NCBI GenBank assembly: GCA_030264375.1
Contig: JASCQW010000109.1
Location: 69,513,404 to 69,577,403, forward strand
From: Carcharhinus longimanus
Lineage: Eukaryota
DNA: 64,000 nucleotides
Direction: 5' to 3'
Position numbers and translations under genes: made by a program. This document shows positions 35,700 to 49,919 of this stretch, piece after piece (within the stretch, counting starts at the first letter, position 1; each line of letters opens with the position of its first letter). Under the pieces are notes generated by a model. The model searched no databases and was not told where the DNA came from. It saw only the letters and a program-made list of their open reading frames with translations.

Positions 35700-37043
35700 T
35701 ACATGGGCCCCGTGTTGCAGCTGAGATTCTCGACATAACCTGAGTTCAACGTGAAATTTCAGATAAAGAATCTGGCGGAATACGCTTTCTGTCACAAAGT
35801 GCGACTGGTCGAGTTTCTGGAACTAAGAGTCTACAAAATGAGCCAAAGTGAGAAGTTCGAATGGAAAATGCCAACAGAGAACAAACTGATATCCCAAATT
35901 GAACGACCCCTGGATTGTGCGCTCACTAGTTTACATTGGCAGCGTTTGTTGGAAACAAGTAGAAAATATTCGGGGCCACCCAGATTATAATTGTCGCACT
36001 TTATGTGAACGACAATGTCTCGGTTTGTGAAGAGAACACTTATCAAATCACCACCACCGAAAAATCTCAGCGTCGTAGAGTTCTGCAGCACAGAAAGAAG
36101 CCCTTCCTCCCCACCGTATCTGGGCCCGCCAAGAAACATCTATTTTTTTCCAATCCCATGTTATTAGCACTTGGTCCGTATCTTTCTGTGCTATGAAGTT
36201 TCAAACGCTCAGCTAAATGGTTCAATAGATTCAAGTGCGGCCGAAGAAAAAACAAAGATACTGTGATCGCGAGAGTAAATTCGGTGGATATAGATAAACA
36301 GTCAGGTAATACATTCTTTTGCGATCAGACTACCGGAAACGGACATAAATGTTTAGCTTGGACACGACAAAGGGAGAAATNNNNNNNNNNNNNNNNNNNN
36401 NNNNNNNNNNNNNNNNNNNNNNNNNNNNNNNNNNNNNNNNNNNNNNNNNNNNNNNNNNNNNNNNNNNNNNNNNNNNNNNNNNNNNNNNNNNNNNNNNNNN
36501 NNNNNNNNNNNNNNNNNNNNNNNNNNNNNNNNNNNNNNNNNNNNNNNNNNNNNNNNNNNNNNNNNNNNNNNNNNNNNNNNNNNNNNNNNNCACAAACTTG
36601 AGGGGCGACCTGATAGATATAAACTCCTATGAGGTCGCCCCTCAATCTCCGTCTTTCCAGAGAGAACAATCCCTGTTGATGCAATCTCTCCTCATCGATA
36701 ATACCTTCCATAACAGGCAACATCCTGGTAAACCTTTTCTGTACTCTCTCCAAAGCTCCACGCCTTCTGGTAGTGTGATGACCAGAAGTATTCCAAATTT
36801 GGTCGAACCAACGTTTTATATAACTGTAACATAATTTGCTAACTTTTATACTTGATGCCCCGTCCGATGAAGACAAGCATGTCACATGCTTTCTGCACCA
36901 CCTTTTCCAGCTGTGCCGCCAGTTTTAAGGATTTGTGGACCTGCGCGTCCAGGTCTCTTAATATCACGTCTAACCCATGTACCGTGAAGGAGAATGCGAC
37001 TGCTTCACCCAGTACAAAGAAGGAAATAATTGGCTCTCATGAG
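35700..37043 (+). pseudogene. Decayed protocadherin variable-exon relic V4 (EC1 end to EC3 start, plus exon 3' end), broken by CR1 pieces and a gap
   Basis: GAGATTCTCGACATAA, ERPLD, VNDNVSVCEENTYQITTTE, KDTVIARVNSVDID; donor CATGAG|GTGAGA at 37043/37044. No promoter block found. Confidence 0.8.
36591..36960 (-). mobile_element. CR1 LINE fragment inside relic V4
   Basis: ALERVQKRFTRMLPVMEGIIDEERLHQQGLFSLERRRLRGDLI. Confidence 0.9.
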
Positions 37044-38704
37044 GTGAGACATATGTTTATTTTTTCAAGTTTTATTACTTCCAACGCAATTTCAAACTTG
37101 ATTTGTAGTAGCCGCTGTCATTGATCGAACAGCATAATATGTAAGCACAGTATTTGAAGTCAGCAAAAAAAATTAAGTGTCCATTATCTAATCTGAATCG
37201 GGGGCTAACTGTTAAGCAAAATTGCACGCGTTATATCAGCATTGCACTGATTTTGCAGCCACCCGCATCGGAAATGTTGCTATCAAGAAGAACGCAGCAG
37301 GACAATCCTGGAAAATTGGAGAAAAAAACAAACAACTTAACATGTATTGAAAGTCAGTGAGCCAATGGCAAAGAATTATAGGTTTCATTTACAAACACAT
37401 TCTCCCAACAATTCCGATGAAGTATTGTTTAGCAAATTGAACTCTATATTTTCTTCAGTTGTTGATCAAAAGTCAGTCAATTTCTGAAACATATGCAATA
37501 GCACGTTTCATTTTTGCTCTCAGAGATCCGGCGCACTGTACATAAAAGAATTAACTGCCGGATTCCCCTTGCAATAAATGATAAATTTCTGTCGGTTTTG
37601 TAACCAGTTGCAACATCTGCTTTCTCCAGATGTTTCATGTGCTTCGTGATCCCAGACTCCTAGATCCCACTCCACAGCAGATTGTGTTGGCCTCCTGTTT
37701 GTCTATTTTGCCTGTCAAAGTGAAGATTTTCACATCTTCTTACATGATATTTTACCCTTCTAAATTGCAATTATTTCTAACCCGCAGAATAGAAGTAAAG
37801 GTGCAGTTACACTCCTGTGATATTATTCTGATTTAACATAGCAACTGTTCATTAGGTTTTCCGCTGGAATTGCAAATAAAGCTGTACCTTATTAAAAGTG
37901 ATGCATTTTGGAACAGAATGAATACATACAGGTGAGGTTAGGCATCGAAAAAGTTACTGTTCCTTGTCTCTGCAATATCCTTTTACAACTCCAAGCCGCA
38001 ATTAGATGCTGCCCCTTTTAAAGTACTTGGGGACATATAAACTTGTTTTGATGGCATGGTTGAGGAAGTCATATTCCTGAATATGATGTAAACAGATGTC
38101 TTCAGAGGTTGAACGAATTTGAAAGCACATTTGGTTGTAACAACAGTCTGACAAATGGCCAAAAACTCAGAAGTAATTCTGAATGACGCATAGATAGGAT
38201 GGAATAACAGGATGACTACAATCATCATGTGACATACAATATAAGGGGAATTTCTTAGCCATCCCTATTTGCCCTCTGAGAGTGAAGGTGCGTCTTCCTG
38301 AAATTCGGAGGTACTCGTGGTCCATGAGTTTTTAATGCAGTTTCTACCTGGCGAAAAAAGAGTTTGCTTTTCTGGGCTATCATTGTAAGTCTACTACACC
38401 TTACTTAAAACTGACAAAACAGCCCGTCAAGGCAGAGAAAAAAATATTACATTTAAAACATCACATGATTTGGCGAATGTTAATGTTATTACCGTTAATA
38501 GATAATAAAAAAGAAAATTCAGGTAAGTATGTCAACAATTCGCCTGAGCGATGCAAATTGTTCATTAGGTTATATTTTGTTGAAATAACTATGCAATGAT
38601 GAACAATATTAGGAAGTAAATGGTGTATGGATCCAAAGATTATCTTATATATTATTGAGGACATCATATGAATCATACGTTAAGTATGGCACAAAAATGT
38701 CCAA

Positions 38705-38890
38705 TTCAAGTTGTACAACATTAAATGTAAAAGGCAATTCTTCTCGTGTTCTGTAGAGACAGTATCGCTTTAAGATTCTGTGGTGTTATAATTGGTCCAG
38801 TCTCTTTGTGTCGCTGTCTGCCAATGAGATGAGGAATTGTGGCTGAGGATCCAGCACCACTCCCCCTGCAACAAACGCTGCGCAGTGTTG
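38705..38890 (+). promoter_or_regulatory. cPcdh promoter P5 with canonical CSE (TGTCGCTGTCTGCCAAT)
   Basis: GTTGTACAAC 38710, ATTGG 38791, CGCT 38812, CCAAT 38821. Confidence 0.85.
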
Positions 38891-39137
38891 AAGAGAGGAG
38901 GAACATCAATCTCTCCAGGCGTTTGCTTCACAACTAGGAAAGAGTCCGAGAGGATGGACTGGAATTTGTACAAATAACCCTTGCGATTGTCACAAAGAAC
39001 GCTCGGAGGGAGCCGAAAACCAATGTTTTAAAAATCCGAAAACTAAGGTAATGAGCAGTCGGGTTCTTGCGATTACAATAAGAAGCGTAAAATTCATCAG
39101 AGAATCAGGCAGTTATTTCCCGGTACATTGTTCCAGA

Positions 39138-41588
39138 ATGACCTTCTTGCGAAATAGCCGAATGTCGCTATGGCCTGTTCTTCACGTGATTCTCGTGTAT
39201 ATTTCCGATTCGGTAAATGGGAACATTCGCTACTCAATTCCTGAAGAATTAGAGCTTGGTGCCTTTGTTGGAAATATTGCTAAAGACCTCGGCTTAGATG
39301 TTAAACAGCTATTTGAACGCAAGTTTCGGATCGCATCTGAAAACAGAAAGCAATATTTAACCGTGAATTTAAAAACTGGGCTTTTGCTAATAAAAGAAAG
39401 AATCGACAGAGAGCAGCTATGTGAACAAGGCATCACTTGCGCATTAATGTTAGAAGCCGTGATTGAGAATCCACTTCAGATCTATCGTATTGAAGTTGAC
39501 ATTCTCGACATAAACGATAATGTTCCCCTGTTCCAAAGAAGCGAGGTTAACCTGGAAATATCAGAATTGACGCCACCTGGGGCGTCTTTTCCACTGCAGA
39601 GAGCTTTTGATCCGGACGCTGGAACCAACAGTGTTCAATCATATCAACTGAGTTCAAACCAGTATTTCAGATTGAAATCGCAGACAGAGGGCGCGGAAGC
39701 TGGCGTCCCAGAACTCGTGCTGGAGCGACCCTTAGACAGAGAGCAAGAACCGGCTCATCGACTGACACTGACGGCGTTTGACGGAGGGGAGCCGATGAGT
39801 TTCGGGACCACGGTGATTAAAATCACTGTGGTTGATGCGAACGACAATGCTCCAGTTTGCGAACAAAACATCTATCAAATTACTACTGAAGAAAATGCAC
39901 CCAGAGGTAATTTGATTGTGAAAGTGACTGCAGTGGATGTGGACGAAGGTCTGAACGGTGAGGTAATCTATTCTTTCAGTGATCACACTCCGGAGAAAGT
40001 GCGTAAGCTGTTTAGCTTGGATGCAACAACCGGAGAAATCAGAGTATCTGGTATCCTGGACTTTGAGGAAACCCATAGTTATCAAATTTCAGTACAAGCT
40101 AAGGATAGAGGTTCGCATCCAGTGGCAGTATACTGTAAGGTTTTGCTAACGGTTACTGATATCAATGATAATTCACCTGAAATAATAACAACCACTACGT
40201 CAAGCACGATTCCAGAAAACGCTTCATCAGGCACAACAGTAGCTGTTCTAAGAATTACAGACCGAGATTCAAGAAACACAGCAGATGTTCATTGTAGGAT
40301 ACCCAGAGGTATCCCGTTTCAGCTTACCACTTCTTTTAATAACTATTATACTTTAGCCACTCAGGGTGATATAGATCAAGAAAAGATGCCAGAGTACAAC
40401 ATTACTATCATATGCACTGATGCAGGCACTCCACCTCTGTCGACCACAAAAGTAATCCAAGTCCTGGTCGCAGATATAAATGACAATGCACCACGTTTTA
40501 CGCAACCTTCCTTCACCCTGCATGTTACAGAGAATAATGTTGTTGGCGCTTCAATTGGTTCGGTGTCAGCCTTTGATCCAGATTCTGGTCAAAATGCTGA
40601 ACTTTCGTATTCTATTTTGGATAGCCTAATACACGGTTTGCCTGCATCCAGTTTTGTCTCAATAAACACAATCAGTGGTGTGATATCTGCTCATCAGTCT
40701 TTTGATTTTGAACAACTAACAAGTTTTGAAGTGCATGTGATTGTAAAGGATTCTGGATCGCCTCCACTCAGCAGTAATGTGACAGTCACTGTGATCATCG
40801 TGGACCAGAATGACAATGCCCCTGTGATCGTGTCACCTTTGGCGATCAAAGGTTCCGTAGCAGCGGATATAATACCAAGATCTGCCGAACCAGGTTATTT
40901 GGTTCTAAAAGTCACAGCTACTGACGCCGATTCGGGTCTCAATGCCCAACTTGTTTATCAACTCCATCAGCCCACTGATGAAAGTCTCTTTACTGTGGCT
41001 CCAGAAACTGGAGAAATTTGGACGATTCGCCACTTTACCCGCAAGGATTCAGTCAGGACAAAGATCGTAATTTTGGTGAGGGACAAGGGAACCCCACCCC
41101 TTTCATCCATGATCACTATCAATGTATCCGTAAAAGATGATGCAACAGAAAATGCCTCTAATATTGGAATGCTGGGGACACCTGGACCCTGGAAATGGGA
41201 ATTGAAATTTTACCTCATGATTTTATTTGGCGCCACTTCATTTGTTTTACTTGTAGCTATTGTATATCTCAGTACAAAAGTGTACAAAGGGAGAAATTAT
41301 ATCAATAATGGCTTGTGCTGTTGGAATACTTCATACTTTTCCCGGGCGAATTCGCGCCATGGAATTCAAAAGGCGAGTGTAAACCTTCAGATCCCACCCA
41401 ACTATACGCAGGCGTATGAAACCGCGACAATTCCACAACAATTTCGCTACGATCCAGGTGTGAACGATTTAATGTTTCGAAAGTTACATGGTTCGGCTGC
41501 ATCCACGGTTGATCTCAAGTCTGGCGCATGTGTTTCTGCTAAACATCGAAAGGAATCAATCTCTACCGACAAACACACCACTGAGGAG
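39138..41588 (+). CDS. pcdh: Clustered protocadherin variable exon V5, intact
   Basis: Open frame 39051-41633; signal peptide, NIRYSIPEE, six cadherin repeats, TM FYLMILFGATSFVLLVAIVYL; phase-0 donor GAG|GTGAGA at 41588/41589. Start chosen by homology. Confidence 0.95.
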
Positions 41589-43339
41589 GTGAGAGACACT
41601 TTAATATATATATATATCACGCATGATAACTAGACAATATTGAGGAGACCTAAAATCTTTAAACAGCAGAATGAACCTTGCTAACTTAAATGACATTTCA
41701 GACATTTCATTTAAAAGGAGAAAAAAAAACTGATGTTGATACTTGAAGAGTTTCTCTATGAAACCCTGAATCTGTCATTAGGGCAACGTCAACAAAGACA
41801 CAGAATAATTGAAATGGGGACAATTACGGGAAGGTACGACATTACATTCATAAAAATAACTTTTAAATGGTTTCAAATAAGCGAACAGTAACTTTTTGGG
41901 TACTTCATTAATTTGTTAAGCTTGGACGATTCAATTAAATAAATGCTTAACGCATTTGCGAATCCATTGTTTGAAGTTGGAACGATTCAATGATTTTAGT
42001 AGGTAGTTGAAAGTCAAAGCTTTACTGGAAAAGCCATTTATATTAGGATTAAATTAAAAACACCACGAGGAATCGACATTTTTATAAGACAGGGGATCTT
42101 TGTACAGATAAGCTTGCGGGGTTGGGCCGAAATTGGGAGAGCTATCATACAAGACTAGACTGACATTGCAATACTCAAAAAGAAATGGGTCATGAAATGT
42201 TTATGACANNNNNNNNNNNNNNNNNNNNNNNNNNNNNNNNNNNNNNNNNNNNNNNNNNNNNNNNNNNNNNNNNNNNNNNNNNNNNNNNNNNNNNNNNNNN
42301 NNNNNNNNTATGACACTGCCATCACGATTCTTAGCTACATGCTGTCTCATCGACAAGACAGACACATTAAAGATGACAGAATAACAGTGTACACGAGGGA
42401 TATAACTGCCCTTGCAGTCCTGAACAGCGATTCTAGGCCTCATGAATTCTAATGGCATAAAGTCAAACATGGTCAGGCAAATGGGTTTCGGTATTACCAC
42501 GACCACCTCAACACTACTTTTGCTGATGCCCGCTCCCCGCCTCCCCCACCACCGCCACCCCCCTCCCCGCCATCTTCCATGTTGAAGAATAATTGGAAGG
42601 AAATGGAGAATGGCAATAGTGTACATTTTTTTTCTGGGTGGGTGACTTCCGTCCCCAGCAACAAATGTGCTTCTATAGCAAATGACAAATGATTCCTGAA
42701 CATTCGAATCTACTTAAAATGAATCTAACCGACTCCCCGCGATATTCATTAGTGACATCCTGGTTGCCTTGTGATCAATGCGCCCAATGCACGACAGCAT
42801 CATGGCAAGGCATCTTAGAGTGCGTCTTTGGCATCAACAACTTCAAACCAACTATAGTTGGTTATAGGTGATAGGTTCTGTCGCAAGTCACACACTATTC
42901 AAATTATATATTACTGTAAGCTTATGTCGCTTAGCCAAAATCTTGAAGCACCCTTTTCAACTGTACTTCGTTGTATGTTGCCTCCATCACCTGAAGCAAT
43001 TCAGGGGTATAGTGAAAACCAGACAGAAATGGAGTGGATTATAATTTAATCGTGAGAAAGAGGCAGATTCTTCTCGAAGCTACGGGTATAACTGGATATT
43101 TAACTCTAATAAATATCGGGGCAAGAATGTGAAACGAGCAGTTGAACACCTGACTGAAACATTAACAAACTGATGTTTCATTCCGGAAGTTGGGTTTCAT
43201 TGATTTACCAGGATTCTACGCAAAAAAAATGCTTCGTGTCTTACCCCAAAGGGATAATATTCAGATAATAGTAAGATAATGCTAATTAATTTGCGCTCCA
43301 CATGGAAAATATAAGAGCTATAAAATAGGAATTCTCCAA

Positions 43340-43520
43340 AATCTAAGCACAGCGTGAAACATGCAATCAGTTCTTATCGTGTTCAGTAGAGATACTATTG
43401 CTTTAAGAGTGTTTGTTGTTATGTAAGTCGGGTCTCTATATATCTGTCTACCAATGAGGTGAAGGAATGTGGCCGGAGAACCAACACCACCTACCCCGAA
43501 ACAAAAACGACGCAGTCCCA
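43340..43520 (+). promoter_or_regulatory. Degenerate cPcdh promoter P6
   Basis: TTCAGTAGAGATACTATTGCTTTAAGA and CTGTCTACCAATGAGGTGAAGG retained; ATTGG and CGCT lost. Confidence 0.7.
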
Positions 43521-43739
43521 AAGTTACGCGCATGCTCATGAATCCAGTTCCTGTGTTCACATCTGAGAAGATAATTAAGGGATTATAAGGCTTTTTTTTG
43601 TAATAATTGTAGAGATCTGGTACCTCATCTCCGCATTGTATGTAAACTGCAGCCCCACATCTGCTGCCAAGTTATTGTTGCAGTTGCAAGGCTGGTATAT
43701 GACTTTGGAGAAACATTGATATAGGCAGCACCGTCGCAC

Positions 43740-45453
43740 GTGCCTAGTTGTTAAATTGGCACGTGAGGCAGTGGCGTTATTGATTTTTCGTGTTTTTAGT
43801 TGTCGATTCAGTTGGGAATATGCCAATTACTCCACTGCTGAATAAATAGATCCTGGTGCATTTTGTTGGAAAGAGTGAAATCGACCTAACTTTAGACATG
43901 GCACCTTTTGGCGCGTAGGTTACGGCTACTTTTGGGAAGAACAAAATAATATTTAGGTGTGAATTTAGTCATCTGAATATTATTCGAAAAATTAAATTAG
44001 GCCGGGAAAAGTTTTGTGAACGACTGATGTTTTGTTTTAATATGTTGGAGGGTTGAATCAAGATCTCTAAAGGTGACTGAGATTGGAGTTGAGATTCTCG
44101 AATAAATGAGAATATAAAACAAATGAATTTCAAACCAGATCTCAGGAAAAAGGCGTCAACATGGGCGCGCTTTCCGCAGCGGGGCGCGAATGATCGTGAT
44201 GCTGGAGCTAAAAGTGTGCGAGTCGACAAACTGAGGCAAAGCGAGAACTTCGCATGAGAAATGCAAGTATGTAGAGAACGTACAGCTATGACAAAACGAC
44301 CCTGTGCGCAACAACCCATTTATCACTTTACACTGATGGTATTTGACAAAGGGAACCAAAGAAAGTCGGAACCACACAGATTATAATAGTTGTGTGTGAT
44401 CTAAAGGACAATTTCCTGGTTTGCGCAGAGAACGTTTAACGAATCATCACCACCGAAAACGTACCCAATGATACCATGATTGCATTAAATACGATGGATA
44501 TGTATGAAGGACACGGAAGTATCTCGTCTTGGCTTCCCTCTATCCATTTCCTTCTCAATTGATTCAGACAATGGTCTGATCTTTGCCCAGCGCTCTTTCC
44601 ATTATGCATAGCTCAGCAGCTTTCAAGTTTCACTGCAAGCAAATGATGCATGTTCTTCTCCACAAAACAGCAACGTTAGTGTGTGTGATCATCGACGGTC
44701 AAAATGAAAATGTGCCTGCAACCCTATCGCTTATGACAAATGAAAATTCATTTGTAGATGAAATCTGCCGATTTAGGTTATTTGGTTAGTAAGTGACAGC
44801 CGTGGACGCCGGTAGTGGACAAAACACCCTTTTTCTTATAAATCCTTTAAGCCCACTGATGGACGTTCCTTTCCCGTGGCTTCTGAGACTGGAGAAATTT
44901 GACAATCTGTGTATTGTGGTCAATTACTCACTGACAAATAAACTCGTGATTATGGCGAGGAAAGAAGGAAAAGCATCGCTTTCATCTACAATCATTATTA
45001 GCTTATCAGTAATGAATCATGTTGAGAAAAGTACATGTAATGTCAACACGATGGGAATTGGATATCTGATGTAAGGTGTTATTGAATAATATATTTTAGA
45101 ACAGTCTCGCCTGTCTTTTTCATAGCTATTTTAGTCCTTACTATTATTTTCCATAAAAGCGGAGCTGAAATTCGGGTCCCTGTCGCCCTGACAATATATT
45201 ATATAGAACGGAAAAGACCAGCGTGATATTGAAATATCATCTAATGACATGAATATGTAGGAAAGTGAAACCTATCTGAAAAACTTCGCTATGAAATGTA
45301 TCCAAGTTCATATTCAGCCTTGAATAATTTCATCTTTTTAAACTTAAAAAGCCCTGCTCCATCTAAGCTTAATATCATAACTGAACTAAGTGCCGTGAAG
45401 GAGACTGGGACTGCTTCACCCGGTACGATAAGGAAATCATTGACTTTCATCAG
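43740..45453 (+). pseudogene. Decayed protocadherin variable-exon relic V6 with internal deletion
   Basis: Recognisable EC1 (GGTGCATTTTGTTGGAAA, GAGATTCTCGAATAAATGA), EC2-3, EC5-6 (GLIFAQRSF, IDGQNENVP, VTAVDAGSGQN) and TM remnants; donor CAG|GTGAGA at 45453/45454. Confidence 0.85.
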
Positions 45454-45929
45454 GTGAGATATTTGTTTGTTTTTTCAAGCTGTATTATTGATAACACGTT
45501 GTTAAATCTGTTTGTAATAGAAGCTCTAGTCGATTGAACAGTACAATATGTAATATTCAACTAAAGTGATTGGGAATTCAAAGAGTCGCTTGCATAATCT
45601 GAATCAGGCGCTAATAGATAAGCAAAATTACACTTTAAATCAACAGTGTAGTTTGTGTACCATCTGTAATGGATATTTTGATATCAATTCAAAACCACCA
45701 GGATAATGCTGAACATGTGGAGTGGAAAGAGAAATTATTTAAAATGTGCTAGCTGTTAATAAGTCAATGAAAATGGATTATGGTTTGAAGGTCTAAATTA
45801 CTGCATTGTCCCATCAATTCTGAAGTGGTATTGTATACGAAATTTACGCCTACTTTTGAACTAAAATGAACTGGCAATTTCAGTTGCGCAACAGGTCAAT
45901 ACAGATTCAATTCCTGACATTGAATATAT

Positions 45930-47590
45930 CAGAATATACAAAACAGCCACATCCGTGGTCAACTAAAAAAGTTAAAGATAGTACCAATCTTAAAGAAAAA
46001 GGTTTCACAAGGATGGGCAGCAGATCAGGAGATTGAACAAAATATATATTAAAAAAACTAAAAAAAGTTCATGAGGGAAAATAGAGCAAGAGAGAAATCA
46101 AGTAGAAACATGAAGACTTGTCAGTAAGAGTTTCCATAGATAAGTTAAACAGAAACGATTTAACAAGTTCATCGTTGGTCCTGTAGATGCTGAGTCTGGG
46201 GAGTTAATTGTTGAAAATAAGGAGATGGAAAATGAATGGAACAGGTATGTGGCATAGGCCTTCACTATGGATGATACAAGTGACATCTAAAAAAGCACAA
46301 AATCAGGACATGGACAGGAGAATCTCAGAAAAAATGGCAGGAAAATGGATGTGAAGAATGTCAGATCATCCATGATCCTATTGAATGGAAGAGCAGGCTT
46401 GAGGGACCAAAACAGCATTCTCCTGGTCCTATTTCTTATGGCCTTATGTTAGACAATTTATTAGAGTTCTTTGAAAATGTAACATGTTCTATGTATCAAT
46501 GTACAGGTGATTTTACTGCACTTAGATTTCCGGAAGGTCTCTAAGTTGCCACATTAAAGGTTCAAAGGATATCGTGGAATATAAAATCCCTGATCCAGGT
46601 GGTAACTATTTGCAAGGACAAGTTGGTCAGCTAACAGGAAACATGAATCATAATAAATGGTCAGTGTTTAGTTAGCAAGATGTAAAAAGTAGATCCATGG
46701 GGATCAAAGCCAAGGTTGATCATTACAATTTACATCAATGACTTGGGCTGAAGGTATGGTTGCCAAGTTTGCTGATGATGCGAAATAGATAAACAGTAAG
46801 CAGTAAAGAGGGCATAAGGAGGATACAAAGTCGATAGTTTAAGTGACTGGGCAAAGATCTGACAAATACAATATAATGTGGAATATGTAAAATTATCCAA
46901 TTGTCAGGGACAATAAAAGTATAGAATAGTATCTAAATGGTGAGAGATTGCGAAGCTCTGGGATGCAGAATGAATTAGGTATCCCAGTGCAGGAATTGCA
47001 AAACGTTTGTATGCACGTACATTACGCAACTGGGAAAGCAATTGGAAGTTTTAGTTTGTTGTGAGGAGTAGAGAATAAAATGTTGAGTATTTATGTTTCA
47101 GTTGGTGAGACCACCACTGGAGTACTATGTAGAGTAATGGTTTCTTTATTTATGAAAGGATGTAAAATGTGTTGGAAACAGTTCAGATAAGGCTTTCGGC
47201 ATTAATAGCTCCAACCAGAGGATTATTTTTATGAGGAAAGCTCGGAAGGGTTATGCATGTATCTGCTCGTGTTTAGATTAAGAGTTGAAGCCTTTAACAT
47301 TCTCAGGGTTTTGTAAGTGTAGATGTAGAAAGGATGTTCCCTCTTGTGGGAGATTCTAGAACTAGGGATCACTGGTTAAAAATGAGGAGTCTCAGTAGGG
47401 AATCGTTGGAATTATCTTCCTTAAATGATTGTGGAAGCAAAGGATAAACATTTCTAAGGCAGAGCTAATAGATCCTTGATAAGGAAGGAAGTGAACGGTT
47501 ATTGGGAGCTCAGTGGGAATGTGGAGTTAAGTTTACAATTGGATCAGGTTGAATGGTGAAGCAGGCACAAGGGGCCTTGCTCCTAATTTG
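45930..47590 (+). mobile_element. Degraded CR1 LINE fragments
   Basis: AAGTTTGCTGATGATGCG (FADD), GTGAGACCACCACTGGAGTAC, and 3' ends at ~46450 and ~47590. Confidence 0.75.
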
Positions 47591-47689
47591 GAGACTAACC
47601 TGATGCTTCGGTTGTTGTTCAAGTTTCAGACTATCTCATACACATTCTGAATATGCATTATCTTACATTTTCCTTTTGGAGATTCGGTA

Positions 47690-49800
47690 GCCACAGAAAA
47701 ATTAAGAGTAGGAGTAGGTCATTCTGCACCTGGAGCCAGTTTGAACATTTGATGAGATTATAGCTGATTTAACTGTGGATCTGATCAGCAACAAGTTCCT
47801 AACTGTCCGATTGTACCCCATAATCATTCGCTCCCTGGCTGCTCAAAACTCTAACTCAACTTCGATAAATTCAATGACGCAGCCTCCACTACTAGAGTAG
47901 CATAATCTACAGATCAATGAAATTCTGAGAAAAAAGTACCTTTCCTTAGCCATGAATGGCAGACTCATCTGTTTTAAATGGTGTGTCCTCTTTCTAGATT
48001 CCTCCACAAGTGAAACTTCCTCTCAGTATCAGCAGTGCTAATTCCCCTCCTGATCTGAGGCGTTTAAATAAAATTACCTTTCATAATTCTAAATTCCAAA
48101 GGCTGCAGGCTACAATTGTACAACCTTTTCTGGTAAAATGACCCCTTCGTCCAAGGAATCTGTCCGGTTGACATTCTCTGAACTGCTTCTAATGCAATTA
48201 TATCATTTCTTAAATATGACGACCTGGGCTACACACAATATTCCAGATATGGTATCAGCAATATCCTGTATAGCTGTAGCCTAAGTTCCCTACTTTTATA
48301 CTCGATTATTTGGCTATGAGCAAAAACATTCCATTTGCTTTTGGAGTCACTTGATCCACCTCTACACCAACATTTTGGTATTTGTGAGCCAGCACATCCA
48401 GATCCATCTGTGCTTCAGAGATTTATAGTTAGTCTCCATTCAAATGATACAATCTTTTTCTATTCCACCAACCAAAGTGGACAAATTTACACTTCCCACA
48501 TTAAACTCCATCTCGTAAATGTTTTCCCACTCATTTAAACTAATTAAATCCCTTTGCAGAATATTCAGGTTCTCTTGATAAATTGTTTTGCCACGGATGT
48601 TTGCATCATCAGTGCATTTACCTACCATACCATCATACCTTCATTCAAGTCATTTACATAGTTTGCAAATAGTTGAGGCCACAGCACTTATCCTTGTGGC
48701 ATTCCACTAGTGACAAATGCCAAACGCAGAAATGATCCAGCTATCTCTACTTTCTGCTTTCTATTAGCTAACCAATCCTCTATCCATGCTAATACACAAA
48801 CCTCAACATCACCCATTTTATTCTATGAAGTATCCTTTGTGCAGCACTTCAATTCCTTTTGGAAATCCAAGTATACTCTACAGATCCTTCTCTATCCACT
48901 GTACTTATTATTTATTCAAAGCATTCTAATAAATTAGCCTAATGCAATTTCCCTAACACTACAGCATGTTGACACTCACTGATTTAAATGTCCTGATATG
49001 ATCTCCTTAATAATGGATCCGACNNNNNNNNNNNNNNNNNNNNNNNNNNNNNNNNNNNNNNNNNNNNNNNNNNNNNNNNNNNNNNNNNNNNNNNNNNNNN
49101 NNNNNNNNNNNNNNNNNNNNNNNGATCCGACCATTTTCCCTATGACAGAAGTTAGCTAATTTAATTTATGATTTCCTACTTTTTGCCTTCCTCCTTCCAG
49201 AACAGAAGTGTTATTTTGCAACTTTCTAATCCATTGGGATCTTTCCAGAATATAGCAGATTCGGAATAACACAACCAGGTCATCTACCATCTCGCAAGCC
49301 ACATTTTTAAAATCCAGTAATGAAAGTCGTGAGGACTAATTGGGGGCTTGGCTATCATTAGATCTACTGTTGTCCTAGTAACCTTTTCTGGATTGATCGT
49401 GCATTGCAGTGTGCCTCCTTCCAATGACCTTACTGAGTTGTGAATATTCTTGGTATGTTTTTGTGTCATTCACATTAACTGCAGAGTCAAAATACCTTCA
49501 TAAGTTTCCATCATTTCAAATTTTCCCAATACCCATCTCCAATTCCATGCTCTACAAAAAAATCACTTTAGTCACTCTTTTTCTTGTTAAATACTTATAG
49601 AAATTCATCTGCTTATGTAAATCTCACTACCTTTCTCGAATTTCTTATTCTCACTGTCTTATCTCGAATTTCTCCTTCCTTATCTTTGAGCATTCTTTGT
49701 TCATTTCTGAACTTTGCCCAACTTTTTTACCTACCATTGATCTTCGCATTATTGTACGATTTTTCTTTGTCCTCATACCCATGTAATTGCCTTTATTTAA
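47690..49800 (-). mobile_element. Degraded CR1 LINE (~2 kb, ORF2 plus 3'UTR)
   Basis: 3' end GAGTAGGAGTAGGTCATTC; peptide VGKCTDDANIRG...LQRDL...MEFNVG. Confidence 0.8.
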
Positions 49801-49919
49801 GTTTAAGACTAGTCGTAGACCTACAATTCTTACCATTCCTCCCGTCAAACTGAGTGCAAAATTCAGTAATGTTATAATGACTGCTACCTCGAGACGCATG
49901 TACTATGACGTGTTAATGA

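Noticed and set aside
16451-41588. Assignment to a named Pcdh subcluster or ortholog (alpha/gamma or chondrichthyan delta/epsilon/mu/nu)
   Set aside because: Needs the constant exons or a phylogeny; not determinable from this window.
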